Source: a virus (lineage: Duplodnaviria; Caudoviricetes). From it: a DNA stretch of 64,000 nucleotides. The position numbers and the translations under genes are program-made. Positions 21,334-29,248 of the stretch are shown here, piece by piece. The stretch lies in IMG/VR virus record IMGVR_UViG_3300032219_002227, positions 32,001 to 96,000 of that record; one strand, written 5' to 3'. Each line of letters starts with the position of its first letter. Positions within the stretch are counted from its first letter, which is position 1. The notes below the pieces were generated by a model, which saw nothing but the letters and a program-made list of their open reading frames with translations, had not been told where the DNA came from and ran no database searches.

Positions 21334-21753
21334 ATGGAAGAGCATACTCAAGGAATAAAGACATCAATTGAAAATATAATTGGGTCTGATACAATACTTA
21401 AGCGTAAGAAGAAAACTGAAGACGATATTAATAAGGAATCATTTGAAAAAATAATTCTAACAATGGAAGAAGTACAAGTTAGATCAACTTTACTTCATTC
21501 TGATTTTAAATTAGATTTATTTAATTATGAAGAAAAATTCTATGAAGTTATAGATAGATTATTTACTATGCATTTTGGAAGAGAAGCATCTGAAATAATT
21601 TTCTTTTATATCTATGAAAGAATTAATCCAGACGGAACAATAAATCAATTAGCAGATCAGGATGGACATCCAATTCCTCTTGAATCCCCTTCTGATTTAT
21701 GGATTTTAGCTAACCATTTAAAAGAAAAAAACAATAAAGGTAAGAAAAAATAG
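21334..21753 (+). CDS. Hypothetical protein
   Basis: 139-aa ORF in tight operon. Confidence 0.6.
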   Translation: MEEHTQGIKTSIENIIGSDTILKRKKKTEDDINKESFEKIILTMEEVQVRSTLLHSDFKLDLFNYEEKFYEVIDRLFTMHFGREASEIIFFYIYERINPDGTINQLADQDGHPIPLESPSDLWILANHLKEKNNKGKKK

Positions 21754-21755
21754 TT

Positions 21756-22358
21756 ATGCCTGCTTCTAAAACATACAGTCGAGAAGATATTCTTCGAGCG
21801 ATGCGCTTTACTAAATCAAACCGTGCTGCAGCTCGTTATTTAGGCTGTTCATATCAACATTATAGAGTATTTGCTAAATTATTTAGAGTAGATGAGAGTG
21901 ATTATAATTCACCTACTCTACTTGAAGCTCATAAAAATCAAAGTGGTAAAGGAATACCTAAATTTCTACCTAATAAACGTAAAGAACCAAATGTCAAACT
22001 AATATTTGAAACTGGTACTGGATGGGAATCCTTTACACCTGAGAAGATAAAAGCAAGAGGTGTAGCTGAAGGTTATTTAAAAGAACAATGTTATCATTGT
22101 GGTTTTACCGAACGTAGAGTAACTGATTATAAAATACCCTTACTACTAAACTTTAAAGATGGTAACCGTAATAATTATCTTGTTGATAATCTTGAGTTAC
22201 TGTGTTACAACGATTATTTTCTACTTGTTGCTGACCCACTCACACCAGATCAAGTCCGTCATATCGAAGATAATACAACAGTTAAAGCAGTATCTCACGA
22301 TTGGGACTTAGATGAAGCTCATCTTGAAAATATGAAAGCATTAGGCTTGTTGGATTAG
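21756..22358 (+). CDS. HTH + degenerate HNH-like protein
   Basis: SNRAAARYLGCSY helix-turn-helix; CYHCG...NFKDGNRNN...NLELLCYND lacks catalytic His. Confidence 0.65.
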   Translation: MPASKTYSREDILRAMRFTKSNRAAARYLGCSYQHYRVFAKLFRVDESDYNSPTLLEAHKNQSGKGIPKFLPNKRKEPNVKLIFETGTGWESFTPEKIKARGVAEGYLKEQCYHCGFTERRVTDYKIPLLLNFKDGNRNNYLVDNLELLCYNDYFLLVADPLTPDQVRHIEDNTTVKAVSHDWDLDEAHLENMKALGLLD

Positions 22359-22396
22359 GCAAAATAAGATTGTATATTCAATTATAAATTTAAAAT

Positions 22397-22684
22397 ATGC
22401 GTTACGAATTAGCTAAACAATTTTCTGAGTTTAAAATTCCGGATGAAATAAAACAAGCTGCTAAAGCAGGAGTTCAATTGATTGGTTCTCTTAACTTCAC
22501 TAAGATGATGATGTTTGCAAATGAAGTTCAACTAACCAATGATGATATTGATTATTTTATGAATATGAGACCACAACGTCAAGAAGATGAATCATATGAA
22601 GATATGAAAGTAAGAGGTAAACTCTCAAAAGCACTTCTCAAATACAGACCACACCTATACGATTATTCAGTTTATACAAAATAA
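22397..22684 (+). CDS. Hypothetical protein
   Basis: ORF after early-type promoter at 22358. Confidence 0.6.
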   Translation: MRYELAKQFSEFKIPDEIKQAAKAGVQLIGSLNFTKMMMFANEVQLTNDDIDYFMNMRPQRQEDESYEDMKVRGKLSKALLKYRPHLYDYSVYTK

Positions 22685-22689
22685 AAAAC

Positions 22690-22896
22690 ATGGCACAATT
22701 TTTTCAAGTTAAAGTTCAATTTACCTTTGAAGACGATAAAGGTAAAGTAAAAAAATCAAATGTATTGTATCTTGTAGATGCACAATCAGTTACTGAAGCA
22801 GAAGCAAGAATGGTACAGCATTTAAATGATGTTGGAGAACAAGCATTTGAAGTAAAAGCAGCAGCTGAATCACCAATTATTGAAGTGATTAGATAA
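22690..22896 (+). CDS. DUF4494-like protein (Bacteroidota-type)
   Basis: FQVKV....GKVKK...YLVDA.SVTEAE...FEV....ES.I.EV. Confidence 0.75.
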   Translation: MAQFFQVKVQFTFEDDKGKVKKSNVLYLVDAQSVTEAEARMVQHLNDVGEQAFEVKAAAESPIIEVIR

Positions 22897-22900
22897 AAGA

Positions 22901-22924
22901 AGGGATTGGTAGAAACCAATCCCT
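22901..22924. terminator. Hairpin between convergent genes
   Basis: AGGGATTGGT-AGAA-ACCAATCCCT perfect 10-bp stem. Confidence 0.75.
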
Positions 22925-22946
22925 GTTTAAAATAAAAAAAACTAAA

Positions 22947-23111
22947 TTAAGCTTTCTTCTTGGAAAAGATAGACCATGCAGCACCAACTAAAGTCATTAC
23001 ACCACCAATAACCTCTGCAGAGAGATTTTCATCAATTAAACCTTTAGTTACGATAATACCACCAATAAAGGTTAAAGCATGTCTAACAAGTCCTAATACT
23101 TGATCTTTCAT
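22947..23111 (-). CDS. 54-aa two-TM holin-like protein (not in ORF track)
   Basis: MKDQVLGLVRHALTFIGGIIVTKGLIDENLSAEVIGGVMTLVGAAWSIFSKKKA; ATATTTATA motif upstream on minus strand (23148-23156). Confidence 0.75.
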   Translation of the reverse strand: MKDQVLGLVRHALTFIGGIIVTKGLIDENLSAEVIGGVMTLVGAAWSIFSKKKA

Positions 23112-23201
23112 AATAAATTGTTTTTAGTTAAAAATAATTAGATCACATATAAATATTAAGAAAAATTAGGAGAATGCAAAAAAATATAATATATTTAAAA
23201 T

Positions 23202-23399
23202 ATGATATTAACAATATATATTATTTCGGTTATTTACTGTGTATACAAGATGTATACTTTATATAGAAAAAACAATAACCCCTTATATTCATCTCCAGGG
23301 TTAGACACTTTAGCTATTATAGTTATGGCTCCGGTACTAATGGCTGTAGATGTATCTATGACTTGGATTAGATTGTATAAAGAAAGAAAACAACAGTAA
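23202..23399 (+). CDS. Small membrane protein
   Basis: Two hydrophobic segments. Confidence 0.55.
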   Translation: MILTIYIISVIYCVYKMYTLYRKNNNPLYSSPGLDTLAIIVMAPVLMAVDVSMTWIRLYKERKQQ

Positions 23400-23400
23400 T

Positions 23401-23559
23401 TGTCAGGTGGTGAAAAGTGTGCACACACTGGTATACACACCCACTCGTCTCGTGGGCGCTGAAAACGAAACAGGTATTTAGGTATGGGTTGACCACAAAG
23501 CCGGCTTAATTTGCCAAATACTAAATCGCAGCGTGAAGGTTCGACTCCTTCCCTGACAG
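23401..23559 (+). ncRNA. Enlarged tRNA-like RNA (class II layout, non-canonical anticodon loop)
   Basis: Acceptor TGTCAGG/CCTGACA; T-arm GAAGG-TTCGACT-CCTTC; CCCAC-TCGTCTC-GTGGG arm; CGCTG/CAGCG variable stem enclosing a large insert. Confidence 0.7.
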
Positions 23560-23564
23560 CCTGA

Positions 23565-23800
23565 ACACAGTGAAGTCTAAAAAATTAGTCCGCAGGCCAC
23601 GGGATCGAAAACTCAGGAATGCCTCTTAACAATGCACAAATCTCCTCTAAATCGTTAGTTAGCGGTGTAAAGTAACTCCACTGGAGAATAGAGTTACAAA
23701 TAAGGTTGATTGGGATAGGGTTGCAGGGTAATGCCTGACCTGATAGGATAGTAACGCCAATCATAAAAGCAGATGTCCACGCACCCATCTTCTGCTTTCC
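23565..23800 (+). ncRNA. Unclassified structured RNA candidate A
   Basis: GC-richer non-coding spacer with stems GTAACTC/GAGTTAC, TGATTGG/CCAATCA, AAAGCAGA/TCTGCTTT. Confidence 0.5.
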
Positions 23801-23805
23801 TAAAT

Positions 23806-23892
23806 GCCCTTGTGGTGGAATAGGTAGACACGCAGGACTTAAAATCCTGTTCGCTGAAAAAGCGAGTGCGGGTTCGATTCCCGCTGGGGGCA
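23806..23892 (+). tRNA. tRNA-Leu(TAA)
   Basis: D-loop GGTAGAC; anticodon arm CAGGA-CTTAAAA-TCCTG; long variable arm; GCGGG-TTCGATT-CCCGC; acceptor stem has three G-U pairs; CCA not encoded. Confidence 0.9.
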
Positions 23893-23893
23893 C

Positions 23894-24205
23894 ATTAGTT
23901 ACTGTTCTTTGACATATAAGGAGAAACAAATTATGGAAACACTATCATTCATTTTAGGGATAGCGTTTGTGGTGGTTATTGCTATTGCAGTAGTTGCTGT
24001 TTACGCTTTCGTTAGGGTAAATAAAGTAAAAGAATATTTAGAAAGTACAGAAAGGCACTTTAGTCATGAAATAAGTAATGTTTATCAAGAAATGGCAAGT
24101 CGTACTGATGATATTACTCGTTCAATGGACTCACGTTTTGATAAATTAGAAAATAAATTAACAAATAACAAATAAAAAATAAATAAGTCAAAGACAGTAA
24201 CTAAT
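23894..24205. repeat. 19/20-bp inverted repeat flanking one CDS; left arm contains a boxA-like site
   Basis: ATTAGTTACTGTTCTTTGAC (23894-23913) vs GTCAAAGACAGTAACTAAT (24187-24205), one-base bulge. Confidence 0.8.
23933..24175 (+). CDS. N-terminal TM + coiled-coil protein
   Basis: METLSFILGIAFVVVIAIAVVAVYAF...SRFDKLENKL; ATG at 23933 preferred over upstream TTG. Confidence 0.7.
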   Translation: METLSFILGIAFVVVIAIAVVAVYAFVRVNKVKEYLESTERHFSHEISNVYQEMASRTDDITRSMDSRFDKLENKLTNNK

Positions 24206-24215
24206 ATTTATATAT

Positions 24216-24539
24216 ATGGCATGTCATTATTTAAATTTAAAAAATGCAGACGAATTCTACATGAAAATGAGGAATAGAGACGCTGACATTATTTTAAAAA
24301 TGGCTAAATGTGTATTAAGTGCATTTAAAAGAGGTAAAGATCAAATTGATATATTTGATATTACCTTCAAAAATATGGATCAACTTACATTTACTATTGA
24401 TAAATCTCAATATAAAGAGTTACTTAGTAATTGTATGAAGGATTTAATTGAAATGGAGGAATATGAATTGTGTGCTGAAATAAAGAAGATTTTGGAGGGT
24501 AAGAAAAGAAGTCGTAAATTAAAAGATAAAGTTCTTTAA
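24216..24539 (+). CDS. Hypothetical protein with C-terminal UVR-like motif
   Basis: EMEEYELCAEIKKIL; similar to 21031..21330. Confidence 0.65.
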   Translation: MACHYLNLKNADEFYMKMRNRDADIILKMAKCVLSAFKRGKDQIDIFDITFKNMDQLTFTIDKSQYKELLSNCMKDLIEMEEYELCAEIKKILEGKKRSRKLKDKVL

Positions 24540-24544
24540 CATAT

Positions 24545-24929
24545 GGGGATAACCGGTATCGATCCGGATGTAGAGGTAATACTACATGCAGGCATTTGAG
24601 TATACTGCCTTAGAAGATACTAAACAATAAACGCTGAAGAATTATCTTCATTCACTTTCGAAGATGCAATGTCTTTCGTTGGTGCTGATTACGCAGTAGC
24701 TGCCTAATCAAACACGGGTAAGTAACCTAGGAACAGAACTACTTTGAGTATTCACGATCGACTCATTAAATAAGGACTGTGGATTAGTTTCTTGATGTCA
24801 TAAATCAAGTGGTGGAAACGACCATAACGGTCAGCCCTACTGATCAGATTCGTTCAGATCTAAGCATGTGAGACGTTAGTATTATTGTCTCTTTCGGAGA
24901 CGTGGGTTCGAATCCCACTATCTCCACCA
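24545..24929 (+). ncRNA. ssrA: tmRNA
   Basis: GGGGATA/TATCTCC acceptor with G3-U70, T-arm GTGGG-TTCGAAT-CCCAC, encoded ACCA end; ATAAAC then tag ORF 24633-24707 AEELSSFTFEDAMSFVGADYAVAA*. Confidence 0.95.
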
Positions 24930-24936
24930 AAACAAA

Positions 24937-25218
24937 ATGTGGCCGAATAAATTCTTGAGAGGGATTAAGGCACTGGCTAGATAGCTGAAAAGCTATTGAG
25001 TTGGGTTTCACAGACAGATGAGTTAAAACCACCAACATTAAGGGTAGAATGCGCAACCCGAAAGTGCTCTGGATACGCCGAAGATAAATCATGACGATCT
25101 CCGCAGGCGTTGTTAGTAATCAATCTAACTAGTCTTAACACTTAGACTGATCATCTTTGTGGACTATGGGTGAAAAGGGGTCTGTCCAAGGATTATGGGT
25201 AATCGTTACTCCCATCAA
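24937..25218 (+). ncRNA. Unclassified structured RNA candidate B
   Basis: About 280 nt non-coding, GC-richer, multi-stem (TAGCT-GAAA-AGCTA; ACGCC/GGCGT; CACAGACAGATGA/TCATCTTTGTG; TGGAC/GTCCA; ATGGG/CCCAT), followed by a terminator. Confidence 0.6.
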
Positions 25219-25223
25219 TTTAT

Positions 25224-25253
25224 AGGCAACCAGAAATGGTTGCCTTTTTTTTT
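25224..25253 (+). terminator. Rho-independent terminator
   Basis: AGGCAACCA-GAAA-TGGTTGCCT + T run. Confidence 0.9.
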
Positions 25254-25303
25254 ATTTTGGGCAAAATATTTTATTATATTTAAATAAATAAATTAATTAA
25301 ATT

Positions 25304-25519
25304 ATGAAAAAGATTATGGTAATTGCTGCTAGTATGTTTTTGGCCTCTTGCGGCGGGTCATCTGAAAGTCCAGTATCTACTGATTCAACTGTAGTAGATT
25401 CTATTACAGTTTTAATTGATTCAGTAGCAGTAGCTGATTCATCTGTTGGAGCTGCTCAAGGTAACGGTGACATTACAGGAGGAAGTGGTCAATCTCCTCA
25501 TGGAGTGCCTGTAAAATAA
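25304..25519 (+). CDS. Small lipoprotein
   Basis: MKK + hydrophobic + FLASC lipobox; DS-repeat tail. Confidence 0.75.
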   Translation: MKKIMVIAASMFLASCGGSSESPVSTDSTVVDSITVLIDSVAVADSSVGAAQGNGDITGGSGQSPHGVPVK

Positions 25520-25615
25520 GTATGTTTTAACATATTTATAGCCGTAAAAATTCAAGGTTGTATATAGAAATATATGCAACCTTTTTCTATTTTTACTTCA
25601 TTAAAAATTAAAAGT

Positions 25616-25867
25616 ATGAAAAAATTCTTCAAATCACTATTCAGTGATGACAACAACATAAATGAAAAATCATTTATAGGCTTTTTAGCATTTATAATGA
25701 TGGTTGGATTTGCTATAGCCGACATAATTACAGGTACTTTAGGTAAAGAACTTATGGTTCAGGAATTTATATTTAATTCATTCTTATGGTTAACATTAGG
25801 ATGTTTTGGTATTGCTTCTGTTGACAAATACATTAATAAAAAAGATCAAGAATCTGAGGAGGTATAA
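25616..25867 (+). CDS. Two-TM membrane protein (holin-like)
   Basis: Two TM segments, charged termini; near endolysin. Confidence 0.55.
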   Translation: MKKFFKSLFSDDNNINEKSFIGFLAFIMMVGFAIADIITGTLGKELMVQEFIFNSFLWLTLGCFGIASVDKYINKKDQESEEV

Positions 25868-25868
25868 C

Positions 25869-25979
25869 ATGGCACGAAAGCAATCAAAACCGAAACCAAT
25901 GAGATCAAGAAAAAGTGGTCTTAAAAAGAAAAAGTTAATTGAACAAAATATAAAAGTAATTAAAAATCTAGAAAATTAA
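25869..25979 (+). CDS. 36-aa basic peptide (not in ORF track)
   Basis: MARKQSKPKPMRSRKSGLKKKKLIEQNIKVIKNLEN fills the gap between flanking genes. Confidence 0.5.
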   Translation: MARKQSKPKPMRSRKSGLKKKKLIEQNIKVIKNLEN

Positions 25980-25983
25980 AAGT

Positions 25984-26256
25984 ATGAAAAATTTAGTAAG
26001 TAAATTATTGCCGTTAGTTGACAAGTTTAAAGGTAAAAAGCCAATCGTTTTAATTTTATCTGCTGTAGCAATTGCTGCTTGTATCTTTGCTGTTCAAAAA
26101 GGATACATTGCTGAAGGTTCTATTGATTTTGGAAGTATTATAGATCAAATTAATAATGCTTTCGCTGATAATACTATTATTGTACCTGCAGATAGCATTA
26201 TTTCTCCTGTAGATACTTTAGCTATTGAAATTGTTGATAGCGTAATAACTCAATAA
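25984..26256 (+). CDS. Single-TM protein
   Basis: IVLILSAVAIAACIFAV followed by acidic tail. Confidence 0.6.
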   Translation: MKNLVSKLLPLVDKFKGKKPIVLILSAVAIAACIFAVQKGYIAEGSIDFGSIIDQINNAFADNTIIVPADSIISPVDTLAIEIVDSVITQ

Positions 26257-27000
26257 ATGAAGAATCTATCTAAGGAAGAATTACTTAGTAGACTCGAAGC
26301 AATTAATAGAAGCAATGCTATTATCTATTTTGACCTTGATGGGTACATCTTAGGAGTAAATGCTATCTTTTTAAAAGCAATGGGATACGGAGATGAAGAA
26401 CACAAGCAACTCATCGGAAAACACCATAGTATATTTGTTACTTATGAATATTCAAAGTCTACTGAATACCAGGAATTTTGGAAAACATTAAGAAGTGGTA
26501 GATTCTTTGAAGGCGAGTTTGAAAGAAAGAAAGTAGATGGTAGCCCTATCTATTTACAAGCAACATATAATCCTATCTTTGATGAAAGCGGTACCATCAC
26601 TAAGGTAATGAAGATTGCTACTGACATCACAGAAACAGTAGTCAGTAAAAATAAGATAGATGCTCTTTCTAAAGACCTACAGGCTGAATTAGATAAATCA
26701 CAGCAATTAAAAAATGCAATTGAAGTAGAAAAAAACGCTGCTTTAAATGATTTGGATGTGTTGATGAAGAAAAGTCAATCTGAGTTAATTAAGACAATTG
26801 TAGTGGTTGCTTTGATAGTAATTGTAGGAGTAGGTGTTGTAACAACTATGTTATATTGGATGGCTATGATCACGGGTAAAGACACACAGATTATTGGCTC
26901 GACTTGGAGTAATATGTTTAGTGTATTATTGACAAATGCATTCTCAATAGTTGGAACAATTATGGGTATAAAATATGCCACTCAAGATAAACAAAAATAA
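26257..27000 (+). CDS. PAS/PAC-domain protein with coiled coil and two C-terminal TMs
   Basis: AINRSNAIIYFDLDG.IL..N..FL..MGY...LIGKHHSIFV...FW..L..G.F..GEF.R...LQATYNPI.D..G...KVMKIATDIT (chemoreceptor-type PAS). Confidence 0.85.
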   Translation: MKNLSKEELLSRLEAINRSNAIIYFDLDGYILGVNAIFLKAMGYGDEEHKQLIGKHHSIFVTYEYSKSTEYQEFWKTLRSGRFFEGEFERKKVDGSPIYLQATYNPIFDESGTITKVMKIATDITETVVSKNKIDALSKDLQAELDKSQQLKNAIEVEKNAALNDLDVLMKKSQSELIKTIVVVALIVIVGVGVVTTMLYWMAMITGKDTQIIGSTWSNMFSVLLTNAFSIVGTIMGIKYATQDKQK

Positions 27001-27051
27001 AAATAAAAAAATAAATATTACTAAAAATTAATATTTATAACAAAATAAATT

Positions 27052-27651
27052 ATGGACATTAATAAATTAAAAGGACATATCCCAGACAGCGTTATAACAC
27101 AACTTCCAGACACAATTGCTAAATTTGAATTGAACACTCCGTTACGTTTAGCTCACTTCTTAGCTCAAGCAGGTCATGAATCTGGTGGATTTAAAGCAGT
27201 AAATGAAAACTTAAATTATGGTGCTAAAGGTTTGTTAGGTATATTTAAAAAATATTTTCCAACTCCTGAAAAAGCAGCTTTATATGAGCGCAAACCAGAA
27301 AAAATTGCTAATCTAGTTTATGGTGGTAGAATGGGTAATGGTCCTGAAGCATCAGGTGAAGGATATAAATTTCGCGGACGTGGATATATCCAGTTAACAG
27401 GTAAAGATAACTATAAAGCATTTGACGCTGTAGTATCTGAAGCTATTGTTGATAATCCAGATTTAGTTGCTACTAAATATCCATTGTTATCTGCTGCTTG
27501 GTTCTTCCATAAAAATGGATTACATAAAATTGCAGATAAAGGTGCTACTGATGCTATAGTAACAGAAGTTACAAAGCGTGTAAATGGTGGTACTATTGGT
27601 TTAGCTGACAGAATTAAACATTTTAAAGAATATTTTGCTTTGTTAAAATAA
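27052..27651 (+). CDS. Glycoside hydrolase family 19 endolysin
   Basis: AHFLAQ..HES, ENLNY, FRGRGYIQLTG..NY, VNGG..GL..R. Confidence 0.92.
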   Translation: MDINKLKGHIPDSVITQLPDTIAKFELNTPLRLAHFLAQAGHESGGFKAVNENLNYGAKGLLGIFKKYFPTPEKAALYERKPEKIANLVYGGRMGNGPEASGEGYKFRGRGYIQLTGKDNYKAFDAVVSEAIVDNPDLVATKYPLLSAAWFFHKNGLHKIADKGATDAIVTEVTKRVNGGTIGLADRIKHFKEYFALLK

Positions 27652-27689
27652 TTTGAAAGTCAAAATAAAAGTTATATATTTAAAGAGTT

Positions 27690-28184
27690 ATGTGGAGAAT
27701 AAAACAATTTTTTAAAAGTATTAATAATCTAATAAGGTGGTTTCCCATTATCTGGAAAGACAGAGACTGGGATGACCACTTTATTTTTGAAATACTCAAA
27801 TTCAAACTTAAGAATCAAGCTAAGTATATTGGAAATAAAGATAGACATGTATCTGCTAAACGTGATGCTGAAAAAATGATGTTGTGTGTTCGTTTAATTG
27901 AAAAGGTACAGGATGAATATTATGGAACAGAATATTTTGATTATCATGAATCAAAATTAAATTTTATAGACAGCAAATCACATCCAGGAATGTATGAAAT
28001 GGAAGTAGATTATATTTCAGAACATTTTAATGATTATTTTAAAAAATACCCTCGTATTTATAACCAGGTTAAAACTGAAGATAGACATAAAACTGCATTT
28101 AATATAGCTAGAATAAATGAAGAACGAGCACATAAATTATTATTTAAAATATTAGAACAAAACATTAGAAGATGGTGGGATTAA
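27690..28184 (+). CDS. Hypothetical phage protein
   Basis: WFPIIWKDRDWD...WWD; after early-type promoter at 27659. Confidence 0.7.
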   Translation: MWRIKQFFKSINNLIRWFPIIWKDRDWDDHFIFEILKFKLKNQAKYIGNKDRHVSAKRDAEKMMLCVRLIEKVQDEYYGTEYFDYHESKLNFIDSKSHPGMYEMEVDYISEHFNDYFKKYPRIYNQVKTEDRHKTAFNIARINEERAHKLLFKILEQNIRRWWD

Positions 28185-28327
28185 TTATTTTAATTACTTT
28201 AACAGTACTATTATTAGGTTCATTAATTTGGTTATGGGTTGGTAGTATTGAGTATATGGCTAAAAACCACCCTGATTATAAGGGAGAAGATTTCTTTAAT
28301 GAAGAAGATAAAAATGAAATATTATGA
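28172..28327 (+). CDS. Small membrane protein (not in ORF track)
   Basis: MVGLIILITLTVLLLGSLIWLWVGSIEYMAKNHPDYKGEDFF. Confidence 0.55.
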   Translation: MVGLIILITLTVLLLGSLIWLWVGSIEYMAKNHPDYKGEDFFNEEDKNEIL

Positions 28328-28413
28328 TAGTAAAAGTTCTAAGCACAGGGGTAAATTAGAACATGAAAGATATAAAGATAATTAATCTAATATTTATCTA
28401 AAAATACAAGTCT

Positions 28414-29220
28414 ATGTACTTACAAGCAGTCACTGTCTGTGTTAATTATTCCGATTTCCTAGCTCAAACCATCGCTCACAACAAACAGTTATTTGATCAT
28501 TGGATTATTGTTACAACACCTGAGGATGTAAAAACACAACGTTTGTGTCAACACCACAATGTTGAATGTTTAAAAACTAATCAGTTTACAGAACATGGAG
28601 ATCCTTTTAACAAAGCTAGAGGTATAAATGTAGCGTTGGATTATATGTCTAAACACGATTGGGTGTTGCACATTGATGCCGATATGTATTTACCTCCGCT
28701 TACTAGAGGTATATTAGAACGTATTTCACTTGATAAGAAAAATATCTACGGTATTGATAGAATGATGTGTCCTGATTTTGAATCATGGTTAAAGTATTTA
28801 ACTGATCCTGAACCAACTCATACAGGTTGGGTTTATATTCATGGTACTGCGTTTCCATTTGGTGTTCGTATTGGTGAGTATATGAGTGAAGGTTATGAAC
28901 CAATAGGATATTTTCAACTTTGGAATCCAAACGGCTCAGGAGTAAAACGTTATCCTGAAACACACGGTGCTGCTGATCGTACTGATGTACAGTTTGCTAA
29001 AAAATGGCCTCGTGTTAATCGTGTTTTGATACCTGAGATAATTGGTATTCATCTTGATAGTGAAAATGCTACTGTAGATGAAATGGGTAAAAATTGGAAT
29101 GGTAGAAAAACTAAAATGTTTGGTAGAGGTTATTCATTAGAAGAACCTAAGAAAAAACGATGTTGTTTTAATTTTAATAAATCAAAATCTCCAGATAAAC
29201 CTTGGTGGAAGGTTTGGTAA
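28414..29220 (+). CDS. Glycosyltransferase family 2-like
   Basis: FNKARGIN, HIDAD (DxD). Confidence 0.75.
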   Translation: MYLQAVTVCVNYSDFLAQTIAHNKQLFDHWIIVTTPEDVKTQRLCQHHNVECLKTNQFTEHGDPFNKARGINVALDYMSKHDWVLHIDADMYLPPLTRGILERISLDKKNIYGIDRMMCPDFESWLKYLTDPEPTHTGWVYIHGTAFPFGVRIGEYMSEGYEPIGYFQLWNPNGSGVKRYPETHGAADRTDVQFAKKWPRVNRVLIPEIIGIHLDSENATVDEMGKNWNGRKTKMFGRGYSLEEPKKKRCCFNFNKSKSPDKPWWKVW

Positions 29221-29248
29221 TCCAAAACAATTAATTTAATTTTAGGTT

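Noticed and set aside
21756-22358. Active HNH homing endonuclease
   Set aside because: Catalytic and metal-binding His positions are replaced (LLLNF, CYND)
23401-23559. Functional tRNA-Asp(GTC) or intron-containing tRNA
   Set aside because: Loop lacks U33/R37, Asp tRNAs have short variable arms, and the insert is too small for a group I intron and not in the anticodon loop
23585-25092. Minus-strand ORFs 23585..23929 and 24844..25092
   Set aside because: Antisense shadows of tRNA-Leu, tmRNA and structured RNAs
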